DNA of 64,000 bases from Callorhinchus milii (lineage: Eukaryota). Below the pieces are notes generated by a model. That model saw nothing but the letters and a program-made list of their open reading frames with translations. It ran no database searches and was not told the origin of the DNA. Below, in pieces: positions 1 through 12,889 of this stretch; position 1 is the stretch's first letter; each line of letters opens with the position of its first letter. A program made the translations under genes and the position numbers. The stretch spans positions 806,001 through 870,000 of the forward strand of contig NW_024704771.1 of NCBI RefSeq assembly GCF_018977255.1, given 5' to 3'.

Positions 1-188
1 TTTCACCCTACCAGGAACCAAACCCAGTTCCTCTCTTTCTTCCAAGGCGAGTGCTCTAACCACTGAGCTAAAGGACTGGAATATTAATGCAATAAAGAAA
101 ATGATTGTGTAATGACGCATAAACACAACTGTATAAAACAATCTCAATTGAACAAATTGATTCTAACTAAATTTTCTTTCATTTCCAG

Positions 189-215
189 TCAAGGCCAGAA
201 TCCACAACTATGCAG
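189..215 (+). CDS. BTN-like gene A, 27-nt cytoplasmic micro-exon (KARIHNYA)
   Basis: ttccag acceptor and GCAG|gtaaga donor; 27 nt, phase 1; paralogue of 33307-33333. Confidence 0.8.
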
Positions 216-1290
216 GTAAGACATTAATATAGTATAAATGATACAATTCAGAACTGCTCAGATCCCACCCCAGATTTAGCACAAAGATGTACAGACAGAA
301 GGTCCCAGTCTGGTCTGTGCTGAGGTATCTGATCTCAGTCGGGGAGGGAGGGGGCTCTACACATGGCCTCAGGGCCCGGATATGGATAGACAATAAGCCA
401 AAGTCACTGTTCCTCATCACATTCAGGGATTCCCCCCCACTCCCATCCCAGCCTTTCTGTAAATACCGGGTGAGGAGAGGATCAGGCTGTGATGCCCTCA
501 ATGGTTGAATAGCCAACCAACACTGGCTGTCCAGGCTCCCACATGAACAAGTCACTAAAGACAGCTACATGCCAGACACAGTGAGTGTCAGCACTGAGCC
601 CGACTCCTGCTCATCGCCCTCTGCACGGTCACTAAAGCTGAGATGACATGTTGAGGTTGTAGAGATGTCAGTCCAATCCTGTGCCCCAGGCGCTGGGCAC
701 AACAGCTGTTAGTGTGTGACTGGAGAATGGTATGTGACTGTACCTGGGGAAGTTTCTGATAGACCAAATACTACATACACTGTTATTGTATTTACTACAT
801 TACTTAGTGTCATCCACACTGTCATCTGTCGTAAAATACTCACTTTATATTGTGTGAAGGAATCGGATTACTGACCAATAACAGTCAGTTGTCATGACTG
901 GATGCTCATGTGATGTCCTCGTGTGAGTCCCTCTTGACTCAGGACATCAGTGTGTTTCAACTAACGATGACCACATTATGGTGACATGGTGTTTGTCCAC
1001 AGCAAACTCTGATCTTGTTGCCTGATCAGCAGCCCATATATTTATATATAACTGACCCCCCCTCCCCCCCCCCGATCAATCAACCTGTCCACTCAGTTTC
1101 AAGATCTAGATTAGTCCACATCGCCTCTCGCAGAGGGACACCGCACCCAAATAACACCCAGACCTCACCTACACCAAACCTATACCACCCAAACCACAAC
1201 TACAGCACACCCAGACCTCATACAGACCACACAGGGCACACAGCTACATGTCTTAATGATAACAGCTGACAACATTCTGCTTTCTTACAG

Positions 1291-1317
1291 GTTACGAGGA
1301 GGTTCTCACAGAATTAG
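1291..1317 (+). CDS. BTN-like gene A, 27-nt micro-exon (GYEEVLTEL)
   Basis: ttcttacag acceptor, AG|gtaagg donor; paralogue of 36206-36232 with one synonymous change (tac/tat). Confidence 0.8.
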   Translation, partial: VTRRFSQN

Positions 1318-1521
1318 GTAAGGTATTTGGGTCAGTTTGATAAACAGCCATTCTGTCACTCCCCTTTCCCCAAATAAATGTTAAAATATATTAATGGGGA
1401 GGGGGAGCGAGGAGGGGAATATAAAGCAGTTTGGGGAACAGAGAAAATGTGACTGGCAAAACCGTATAAAACCATCCTCATCAAATAAATCTATACCAAC
1501 TGAACTTCCTTTATTTTACAG

Positions 1522-1557
1522 AAAAGACCCAATTTGGGTTGTACAGAAGTTATGCAG
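1522..1557 (+). CDS. BTN-like gene A, 36-nt micro-exon (EKTQFGLYRSYA)
   Basis: ttttacag acceptor, GCAG|gtaaga donor; identical to 36438-36473. Confidence 0.8.
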
Positions 1558-1627
1558 GTAAGATATTTAATATCATATAAAGTGTGAAATTCGGAAATCC
1601 TTGACAGAACACAGGGTAAAAATCTGT

Positions 1628-2520
1628 ATCTGCCACCTGTCTGCCCACCGTGCGATCCTATCAGTGCACTCTCACAGAGGTAGGAAGGAGCAAAGCCGTG
1701 GAGGGCTTTGAAGGTGAAGATGAGGAATTTGAACTCTTTCCTGTGGAGGATGGGGAGTCAGTGGAGCCGGGCGAGGGTGGGGGTGATAGGGTCATGGAAA
1801 GTGGTTTGGGAGAGGACACAAGCTGCAGAATTCTAGATGATACCCCTCCACACAGACCCTCACACCCCCCCCCCCCCCACCCACCCTCCCACACACACAC
1901 AAACAATCTCACCCTCTACCACAAAAACATACAGTCACATCCCCCACACACATCCTCTCCTCCCCGTCCACATACACACACCTTCACCTGCCCCTCAGAC
2001 ACATCCTGACAAACAACAGCTTGGATTTGTATAGTGCCCTCCATACTGGATGGCGTCTCAGAGCGCTTCACAGGAACAGATCCTGGTGTCAAGTGAGGGG
2101 GAAGAAGGTGACCAAAGGCACGGTCGAAAAGAAAGGTCTTTAGCCGAGACCTGAAAGCAGGAAGGGAGGGCACAAGATGAAGGGAGTGAGGAAAGGAGTT
2201 CCAGAGCCTCAGGGCATAGTGGTTGAAGGCACAGCTGCCAATGGTGGAGCGGAGGATTCGGGGGACAAGGAGGAGGCCAGACCCGGTGAAGCGAAGGCAA
2301 CGGGCACTGTTGTGAGGAGAGAGGTCAGAAAGGTAGGGGCAGAGGAGTGGAGGGATTTGAAGACAAGATGGAGGGATCTGGGACAGGCAGCCAGTGCAGT
2401 CTGGCAAGGATTGGGGTAATCGGGGAGCGGAGTTTGGTGCGGGTGAGAAAGTGGGCGGCAGAATTCTGGATGACCTGGATTTTATGAATCGTAATGGAGG
2501 TGAGACCGGCACCTGCAGAC
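1628..2520 (-). mobile_element. L2-clade LINE 3' fragments interrupted by a CA-rich tract
   Basis: Minus-strand RT C-terminal-like peptide (ORF 1916-2686: ...LRLWNSFP...FRSRLKTFLF) and L2-type 3' tail near 1990-2060; same insertion as 36540-37560. Boundaries approximate. Confidence 0.7.
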
Positions 2521-3460
2521 TAACTTTCTGTGACTGGTGTACAAGAACACCCGAGTCCCTCTGGACACTGACACATTCCAATCTCTCCCCTTCTAAAAGA
2601 TAACCCACTCTACTGTTTTTGCTATTGAGGCGGATGACTTGGCACTCCCTACATTGTACTTCATCGGCACCTACCTGCCCAGTCACCTCACCTCTCTATG
2701 TCTCGCTGCATTGTTTTTAATGTCGTCCTCTGTGTTGACACTTCCTCCTCGTTTTGTTTTGTGTCATCCGCAAATTTAGATATATTAACTTCGATGTCCA
2801 CATCAGATCGTTGGTGTAGATGGTAAATAGCTGAGGCCCAAGGACTGATCCTTGTGGCCCTCCACTGGTCACATCCCACCAATCCGAAAAAGATCCGTTT
2901 ATCCCTAATCTGTGTTTCCGACCCGTTAACCATTCCCCAATCCACGTTAATATGGTCCCCAATTCCATGGGCCCTTATCTTTTGGACTAACCTTTTATGC
3001 GGCACCTTATCGAATGCCTTCTGGAAGTCCAAATAGACCACATCCACTGATTCACCCATATCCAGTTTACTGGAAATGTCCTCAAAAAACTCTCTGAGAT
3101 TTGTCAAACATGACTTCCCTTTTGTAAAGCCGTGTTGACTCGGCCTAATTATATTGTGCCCTAAATACCACACAACCACATCCTTAGTCAACGATTCTAA
3201 AATGTTTCCCATCACTGATGTGAGACTAATTGGTCTATAGTTCCCCATCTTTTCCTTTCCACCTTTTTTAAACAGTGGTGTGACATTTGTGATCTTCCAG
3301 TCCATGGGCACTGCTCCAGAATCCAAGGAATTTTGGAAGATCAGACACAGGGCCTCCACTATCTCATACGCTCCTCTTCTCAAACCCTGTGATGCAAACC
3401 ATCCGGACCGGGGGATCCGTCACTGTTTAGTGCTCACAGTTTCCCGGCACCAATTCTCTA
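2520..3460 (-). mobile_element. CR1 LINE fragment (reverse transcriptase)
   Basis: ORF 2688-3383 has the CR1 RT motifs NYRPISLTS, SQHGFTKGKSCLTNL and VYLDFQKAFDKVPH; frameshifted continuation GPQGSVLGPQLF. Confidence 0.9.
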
Positions 3461-3489
3461 CTGATGAAAATTTCCCTAAGTTGCTCCCT

Positions 3490-6400
3490 ATCCCTCACGT
3501 ACTGCCCACACGCACCCTCACCTCTCCCCCACACGCACCATCATGAGCCCCCCAAATGCACCCTCACATACCCCCCATACGTACCGTCATTACGCCACCA
3601 CACAGCCTCACGTCCCCCACACGCACCTGTTCATCAGCCGCACACACCCTCACGTCCCCCACGCGCACCCTCACGACCTCCCCACATGCACGCTGTCTTG
3701 ACCCCCACACACCCATACGTCCCCCCCACACAAACCCTCACCTCCACCCCACGCACACACTCACCTCCACCCACACGCACCATCACGTCCCCCCCACAAG
3801 CACCCTCATGTCCCCACCACACACTCCCTCATGACCCCCCCACAGATACCCTCATGGGGCCCCACATGCACCCTCAGTTCCCCCCCTACACGCACCCTCA
3901 TGTCCCCCCTATACATACCCTCACGACACCCCCACAAGCAGCATCACGTCCCCCCACACGCACCCTCATGACCCCCCACAGATACCCTCATGGGCCGCCA
4001 CACGCACCCTCACTTCCGCCCCACACGCACCCCCACGTCCCCCACATACATACCCTCACGACACCCCCACTTGCACCCTCACTTACACCCGCACAGGTAC
4101 CCTCCAATCAACCCCCACAAACACACCCTCACGTCCCCCACCACACACACCCTCACGTCCCCCCCACACGCAGCCTCACATCCCCCCACAAGCAGCATCA
4201 CGTCCCCCTCACACGAGCCTCACGTGCCCCCCACAAGCAGCCGCACATCCCTCCCACATGCACCCTCACCCACACACGCACTCACCCACACACGCACACT
4301 CACATTCCTTCACAAACACCATCACGTCCCCCGCACACGTACCCTCACGTCCCCCCCACACGCACCCTCACGTCCCCCCCACATGCACCCTCACGTCCCC
4401 CCCACACACAGCCTCACGTCCCCCCCACACGCACCCTCACGTCCCCCCACACACAGACTCATGTCCCCCCCACACACAGCCTCACGTCCACCCCAAACGC
4501 AGCCTCACGTCTCCCCCATACGCACCCTCACGTCACCCCCCACACGCACCCTCACGTCCCCGACACACCCACGCTCATGTCCCCAACACAGGCACCCTCA
4601 CGTGCCCCCCACATGCACATTCGTGTCCCCCACACGCACCCTCATTTCCTCCACACGAACGCTCACGTCCCCCACACACGCACCCTCACACTACCTACCC
4701 CCTCACGCGCCTCACGCTTCCCCCCACACTAACCCTCACATCCCCCCCCACACGCACGCTCACGCGCCCCCCACATGCACTCTCACGTACCCCTCACACA
4801 CACTCATGTCCCCCACACGCACCCTCACAGCCCCCCCCACACAAACCCTCACATCCCCCACATGCACCCTCACGTCCCCACCACACGCAGCCTCATTTCC
4901 GCCCCACCCAAACACTCTCATGTCCCCCGCACACGAGCCCTCACATCCCCCACACGCACCCTCACATTCCTCCACACGCACATTCACATTCCCCCACGCG
5001 CACCCTCACGTCCCCCCCACGAAGCACACTCACGTCCCCTGCAAACACACCTTCATGTCCCCCGCACACGCACCCTCAGACAGCCTCACGTCAGCCCCAC
5101 ACGCACCATGTCTTGACCCTCACTCAGCCTCACGTCCCCCACACAGGCACCCTCACATCACCCCCACACGCACCCTCACATCACCCCCACACGCACCCTC
5201 ACATCACCCCTACACGCACCCTCACGTCCCTCCCACAGGCACCGTCACATCCACCCCACACGCAGCCTCACATCCACCCCACACGCACCCTCACGTCCCC
5301 CCCACACGCACCCTCACGTCCCCCCCACATGCACATTCGTGTACCCCACACGTACCCTCACGCTCCCCCGCCCACACGAACCCTCACATCCCCCGCACAC
5401 TAATCCTCACGCCTCCCCCTCCACATGCACGCTCACGCGCCCCCCACACACACCCTCATGACCCCCCCACGCACACCCTCAAATCCCCCAAACGCACACT
5501 CTCACGTCCCCCCCCCACACCCTCATGTCCCCCACACGCACCCTCACAGCCCCCCACACACACCCTCACGTAGCCCACACGCACCCTCACTTCCCCACCA
5601 CACACACCCTCACGTGTCCCCCCACCCGTACGCTCTCACGTCCCCCCCACATGCGCCCTCATATCCCCCACACATGCACCCTCAAATCCCCCAAACGCAC
5701 ACTCTCACGTCCCCCCCCCACACCCTCATATCCCCCACACGCACTCTCACATCCCCCACACGCACCCTCACTATCTTCCACATGCACACTCACGTTCCCC
5801 CAAGTGCACCCTCATGTCCCCCACACGAAGCACAATCACGTCCCTCGCAAACGCAGCCTCATGTCCCCCCCACATGCACACTCACATCCCCTGCACACGC
5901 AACCTCATGTTGCCTCCACACGAACCATCAAGCAGCCTCATGTTCACCCCATACGCACCCTCACGTCCCCACCACACGCACCCTCACGTCCCCACCACAC
6001 GCACCCTCACGTCCCCACCACACGCACCCTCACGTTCCCCCCCACACGCACCCACCAACACACACCTTCACCTCCCCCCACACACATCCTCACGACCACC
6101 CCACACGCACTTGCACGTCCCCCGCACACACATACCTGTTCATCACCCCCACACACACCCTCACGTTCCCCCCACACGCACCCTCACGTCCCCTCCACTC
6201 ACACCCTCACGTTCCCCACACATGCATCCTTACATCCCCCCCAGACACCGTCACGTCACTCCCACAAGCACCCTCAAGTCGCCCCCACAAGCAACCTCAC
6301 GTCCCCCCCACATGCACATTTGTGTCCCCCACTCGCCCCCTCATGTTCCTCCACACACCCTCATGTTCCTCCACACACACCCTCACATTCCCTGCACACA

Positions 6401-7830
6401 CACTCACGTCCCCACCACACGGATCCTCACATCCCCCCAACATGCACCCTCACATGCACCCTCACAGCCCCCCACACTCAACTTCTACTCGCCGCCATAC
6501 GCACCCTCACGTCAATCCCACACGCACCCTCACGTCCCTTCCCCCCACACGCACACTCACGAGCCCCTGAAACGCACCCGCACGTTTTCCCCCACCACAC
6601 GCACCCTCACGTCGCTCCCGCACGCACCCACATGACCCCCCGACACACACCCTCACTTTCCCCCCACACGCACCCTCACAACCCCCCCATACACAACCTG
6701 ACTTAAGCCCCACACACCGTCACTTCCCCCCCACCCCCCCATACGCACGCTCACCTCCAGCCCACATGCACCCTCACGTCCTCCCCACGCACACCCTCAC
6801 ATCTCCCCACGCGCACACTCATGTCCCCACCACGCACACCATCACCTCCCTCCCACACGCACACTCACATCCCACACACACACACTCACGACCCCCCCAC
6901 ACGCACCCTCACGACACCCCACATGCACCCTCATGATCCCCCCACACGCACACTCACATGCCCTCACGTCCCCCCCACACGCATCCTCACGTCGCTCCCA
7001 CATGTACCCTTACTTCACCCACACACTACCCTCACGTACCCCCCCACACATGCACCTTGTCTCACGTACCCCCCCACACACCAGCACATCCCCCCACAAA
7101 CACACTCACCTCACCCCCACACACACCCTCTTGTTCCCCGCACACACACCCTCTCGTCCCCCTACACACGAAGCCTCACTTCCCCCCACACGCACACTCG
7201 CGTCCCCCCCACACACACCCTCACGTCCCACACGCACCCTCTTTTCCGCCCCCCCCACACGCAAACTCACGTCCCCCCACACGCGCAACCTCACGTCCCC
7301 CACACGCGCAACCTCACGTACCCCCCGCACGCACCCTCACCTCCCCCCCGCACCCTCAACTTCCCCCCCACACACACACTCACGACATCCCAACCACACC
7401 CTCAAGTCCCCCCCACACGCTCATCTCCAGTACACACGCACCCTCATGTCCCACCCACACGAACCCTCATGTCCCACCCACATGAACCCTCACGTTCCCC
7501 CCACACACACCCTCACTTACCCCCACTTAATTACCTCATAGACCCCCCAACGGACACACCCTCAGCCCCCCACACACACCCTCAGCCCCCCCACACACCC
7601 TCACGACTACCCACACACACACCTTCAGCCCCCCCCACATACACACTCACACACACACCCTCAGCCCCCCCACATACACCCCTACACATACACGCTCAGC
7701 CCCCCAACACACACCCTCAGCCCCTGATGCACAACCTCACGACCCCACACCCACCCACACATTCCCACCCCCACACACCCACACATTCCCCCCACACAAA
7801 CCCCTCCCCCACAGACACACAGACTCTCAG
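3490..7830 (+). repeat. C/A-rich degenerate minisatellite (core about cacacgcaccctcacgtccccc, 22-24 bp) in the last intron of gene A
   Basis: Continuous variant repeats of about 4.3 kb; source of the His/Pro/Thr-rich ORFs. Confidence 0.95.
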
Positions 7831-7965
7831 CCTTTTATTCTGGATTCTGTTCCCAGGAGATGTCGATGTTTTACACAAAGGCTTCTCTCCCGGTGACGAC
7901 GCTAAAGATCATCTTATTTATGATTGTAAATGTGTCCGACATTAATGGTCTGATTCTCCCTCCAG

Positions 7966-8492
7966 TTACAGTCACTCTGGATCCTGATACAGCCCATCCC
8001 CGGCTCATCCTGTCTGAGGACCTGACCAGTGTGAGACTCGGAGACGAAGAGCAGCCGCTCCCTGACTCCCCGAAGAGGTTTAGTTACTATCCCATTGTCC
8101 TGGGATCTGAGGGCTTCACATCGGGGAGACATTACTGGGAGGTGCAGGTGGGCAACAAGTCATTGTGGATTGTGGGATTGGCCACAGAGTCTGTCAACAG
8201 GAAAAAACCAATGAGGTGGTCATCAGAGGGTGGGGTCCGGGGGGTGGAGCTGTGGGACGGGACCTATAATGCTCTGACGTCACCCCCCACCCCTCTGCCC
8301 CTGACAGTGAGACCCGGGAAGGTCGGGATTTACATGGACTATGAGGGGGGACAGGTGTCATTTTACAACGCTGACAACATGGCTCATCTCCACACTTTCA
8401 CCCAAACTCTCACTGAGAAACTTTATCCTCTGTTCAGTCCCGGGTATAATATTGATGGGGACAATCCTGATCCTCTGACAATCTGCCGGTGA
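7966..8492 (+). CDS. BTN-like gene A, terminal B30.2/PRYSPRY exon
   Basis: ctccctccag acceptor; [63 protein letters not shown]; TGA at 8490-8492; AATAAA at 9295-9300. Confidence 0.95.
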
Positions 8493-8619
8493 CAGTTAAT
8501 GAGGAGGAAAATTTGTCCATTATAATGAGGAGCAAAAACCCTCAGCCATTAACTTGATACATTGGCAGTGAACAAATTCTTGGGGGGTGGGGGGGAAGGG
8601 TGAGCACTTTAAAATGGGC

Positions 8620-9010
8620 ATCACCCCTCACATCGCCCTATACACACCCTCACATCCCACCCGCACCCCCCCCACCCCACCCTCACATCCCCATTACACA
8701 CACACCCTCACATCACACCCGCACCCCCCCCATGCCATCACACTCTCACATCCCCCCACACACCCCCGCATAACCCACCACACACACTCTCACATTTCCC
8801 CCCCACACACACACCCTCACATCTCCCCCACAAACACACTCACATCCCCCTCCACACAAAGCCTCACATACCCCCACACACACTCTCAAATCCCCCCCAC
8901 ACACACCCTCACATCCCCCAAACACACACCCACACATAACACCCCCCACACACTCTCACATCACCCCCCACACACACCCTCACATCCCCCCCACACACAC
9001 ACCCTCACAT
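8620..9010 (+). repeat. CA-rich low-complexity tract in the 3' UTR of gene A
   Basis: cacacaccctcacatcccc variants; paralogue at 50220-50425. Confidence 0.85.
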
Positions 9011-9589
9011 CTGTGTTGGGAGAATCTGACTTGCCATCCAGTGTGTGACTCACACGCTCTGAGACAGGGATATATATCGCTGATATCTTTCTCTCCAGCA
9101 ATGCCCAGTCTCACAGTCAGGGCTGTGCTCAGAATCTCACTGTAATCTCCCAAATCACTTTTATATCTATAAACAGGTGCTGTGTTGTTCCCCAGTGAGC
9201 GGCCGCGTCTCACTGTGTATAAACACTGTGTATTTTCAGTGACAGCTTTATAATCCGTAACATTTCTCACTCATTGCAACAATCTTTATCCTTCAATAAA
9301 CCAAGGTCACGTCTGTGTGGATATCAGTATCCAACATATTGTCATTCACTTGCAAAATACGAGATCAATTTACAATAAATAATGTGTCATTTTATGTCCA
9401 ATCCTTATGCACAGTCTCCACACACTCCTCATCCTCTGATACACACATCCCTAACCCTCACCCCCTGAAACACACATTAATTACCGGCTGTATCTGTCGC
9501 AGCTACACTTGCAACCAAAGGATCCACTATTTAATGTAAATTTCAGTATTATTATACTTTATATTTTATTTTATATTTGATTATCATAC

Positions 9590-11420
9590 TTTATAACAGC
9601 CACAACTTGCACTTATATAGCATCCTTCACGCAGGGTAGTGTTTCACAGCGCTTAACGGGTGCAGCCTGACTCCGAGCTGGTCGGTGGTTGGGGATGGGA
9701 GCTGCCGTAAGCACAGTCAAAGAAGAAGATTTTCAGGTGGACTTGAAAAAGGGGAATGGGCACGATGGAGGGATTGAGGGACAGTGTTCCAGAGTTTCAG
9801 GGTGTAGTGGCTAATAGCACAACCACTGATGGTGGGGCAGAGGGTGCGAGGGACGAGTGGGAGACCGGTGCCAGTCAAGCGGATGTGGAGTGGATTGGGG
9901 GGTGAGTGGGCCGGGGAAGTTTTCAACATGAGTGTGAATATCTTGAAGTTGATCCATTCAGTGATGGGAGTCAGTGGAGCCTGGACAGAACCGGTGACAT
10001 GTTGGTATGGAGTTTGGTCCAGGTCAGTTTTCTGTGGCAGAGTTCTGAATGAGCTGGAGATCTTTTGAATGGTGGACCTGGGGAGGCCGGTGAGGAGTGT
10101 GTTGGAGTATTCCAAGAGGAGGTGACAAACACATGCACAAGGTTTTCGACTGCATTTGTGATAAGATACCGTCGGAGGCAAACAATTTGGTGGAGGTAGA
10201 AGAAAGAGGTCCTGGTCAGGGATTGGATGTGGGGGAGGAAGGGCAGTTGGAGGTTGAACTGGATGCCTAAATTGTGCACTGAGACTGAAGGAGAGACCAG
10301 AGAGTTTGAGGAATTTCGATCCACAGAAGTGAAGACATTGACAGACAAGGAGTATGGCTTCCATCTTGTTCATATTCAGCTGCAGGAAGTTTACACTCAT
10401 TCAGGCCTTGATGTGTGCCCGACAACCTGATAGGACATTGGGGACCTGGAATCATAATAATAATAATCATCTTTGCATTTGATATAGCTGGTAATGGAGG
10501 AGGCAAAGTAGATTTGTGTGTCATCACATACATGTGGAAGTTTACCCCATGTGAATGGATGACATTAGAGGAGCATATAGATAACTAAGGTAGATGAGGG
10601 AGGACGGTGGTGGAGGAGGATGCCATGGTCAACTGTGCCGACTGTGGCGGAGAGATCAGGGAGGATGAGGAGGCAGAGGGAGCCCTGGTCACAGATAGAG
10701 AGAATGTCATTTGTGACCTTGAAAAGCACCGTCTCTGTACTGATGGCAGAGTGAAAACCAGACATCAGGGGCTCAAAGAGGGGATTGGCCTCACACAATG
10801 CATTGTAGGATTTTGGCCGGGAAGTTTTTGGGAGGTTGGAGATGGGATGGTAGTGTGAGAGATGAGAGAGTTCGAGGATGGTTTTTTTTGAGGAGCCCAT
10901 TATGTAATATATAATAATTCTTGCATTTGATATAGCGCTTTCCACGTCTTCTCAACATCTCAAAGAGCTTCACAGAATAGACTGTAAAGTGAATTGACCG
11001 TATATTTAAACCATTACAGCGGTTTTCAGGCGGAGTGGAGCAGCCTGTGGAGAGAGACTGGTCGGTTAGCAGGGAGGAGAGAAGGGGAAGTTGAGTGACC
11101 AGAGATGGGTGGGGAGGGGGTCGAGGCAGCAGGTGGTGACCTCCCTCTCGGTGACTGAGACTGAGAGAGAGAGGGGAGAATTGGGGGCAAAGGAGTGTAA
11201 GGAGGGGAAAGTGGCAGGAGCCGTGGTGGAGGGAGGAGGCATTGTGGATGGTCTGTGTGAGGTGGAAAGGGACATGGGATGGGGGGAGGGGATAATGCAG
11301 CCAAACAGATGGTTGAGTGGGTGCACAGAGATGGTGATGGACGGTGGAAATCAGCGTCTTTGGATTGTTATTTGCCTCCAGAGTGACTCTGGAGTAAATG
11401 TCAGTTCTGGTCTGTGAAAA
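9590..11420 (-). mobile_element. Fragmented L2 LINE with an embedded SINE tail (about 10895-11020)
   Basis: Degenerate RT peptides (MSVNFLQLNMNKMEAI; STETVLFKVTNDIL...LLILPDLSA); paralogue at 52350-54170. Confidence 0.75.
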
Positions 11421-12535
11421 GGGGAGGCAGTAGGTGTGGAGGTGCTCAAGCGACCACTGGCAGTTTATAGTGTACTGTTATACTTTTATATTATTATTAT
11501 ATTTTATATTATAATACTTTATATTATATTATTATACTTTATATAAATATAGGAGATTCCTCACCCAAAATACCTTTGGTTTTCTCTGTCACTAATTTGT
11601 TTCACAATATATTACAACAACAACAACAAGATTGCATTTATAGAGCGCCTTTCATGTCGGGATGACGTCCCATGACACTGGACAGTTGGGTCGGGACCCG
11701 AGCAGGGGGGGAAATGGTCAGTTTGAGCGTAGGGAAGGGAGGGAGCGAGGAGGGGTGGAGAATCGAGAGGGGAGCTGAAGGCACGATCGAAGAGCATAGA
11801 TGTATCTCTCTAGAACAGTGTGTGATTTTCTCTGTCGAAACCTTGTTGCACAATACGAGTCATACCTCATATTTTGGGGCTTAATTAAAGTATTTTTAAA
11901 ATATAGGTCATCAACGATAGGAGTTTATGAAAACAAATATGCCCATGACACTCCAACTTACAACACCTTTCTGATGGGTTATAATCATGTCTCTGTGTCA
12001 ATCGGTTATTGTGCTATTGGTTTGACACACAGACAAACTCACACAAACATTTCATCTGATTAGTATAGATAGATGTACAAACACAAATCTCTGTGTGTAA
12101 TGATCTGATTTGCTGTGTCGTAACCAGTTCTGATCTCATTGTGAAGGTCCTAAAAGATGAGGTGGAAACACTTTCTTCAGGTCCTATGGCTTGTGCTTCC
12201 CCTCTCACTGACTGGTAAGGAAACACATTGAATCTGTTTGTTGGTGTTAAATTGCTGAAGGCAATGAAGGCACTGAGCCCCGAAGCTCTGGATCCCTCCC
12301 TCAATCCCTCCGCCCCTTGCCCCCTCCCTCCCCACTTTCAAATCCCATCCAATGACCTTACATTTTGATCGTGTTCACTGTCACCTCTCCTCTCCCTCTA
12401 CCCCTGGATCGGGGTCAGACTCCACCTCTGTCAAGCGCTCTGGGACGCTGCCCCGCGTGAAGGACGCGATATAAATGCAAGTTGTTGAATATAAACTCAA
12501 GTCTAATAAGTGGAGACATTGCTATATGGGGGCGG

Positions 12536-12554
12536 TGCTGCCGCCATCTGGTGG
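12536..12554 (-). promoter_or_regulatory. Candidate CTCF-binding site
   Basis: Minus strand CCACCAGATGGCGGCAGCA matches the CCASYAGRKGGCRS core at 14/14; identical copy at 55110-55128. Confidence 0.55.
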
Positions 12555-12889
12555 TGACAAGATGAACGGCAGTGGGTTCCAGGACCAACATCTGTCACTG
12601 AAGCACTCGCCCAGTCAGTCATCGGGTCCTTTTCCATGTTGTTCAACGATTCTTTTCACCTCTCTTTCATTGCTTCAGGCTCTCTTCTAAGCGGTTTTAC
12701 TAACGGTTGGACTATTTCTCTTCACCTTGTTTTATATTCTCCCTTCATCAGTCCTCTATCACCTGACAGTATTTCTCTACAATGTTGTCAGTCTCCAAAT
12801 GTTTGCCTTCTTCTGGTGTTGGTGGACACAAAGTGCAGACAGTGGGAAAGGTAAGATTGAAGCCAAACAAAGCCAAAACCCCATGACGG

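Noticed and set aside
3464-7945. Long His/Pro/Thr-rich ORFs (up to 527 aa), also at 42911-49512
   Set aside because: They are open in several overlapping frames at once because the C/A-rich repeat strand lacks stop codons. They are intronic, have no domain motifs and are not conserved between units.
7860-7965. N-terminal extension of the B30.2 ORF as a stand-alone PRYSPRY gene (also 49476-49581)
   Set aside because: A good acceptor at 7965 and in-phase upstream micro-exons explain it as a terminal exon. An intron-retained form cannot be excluded without RNA data.
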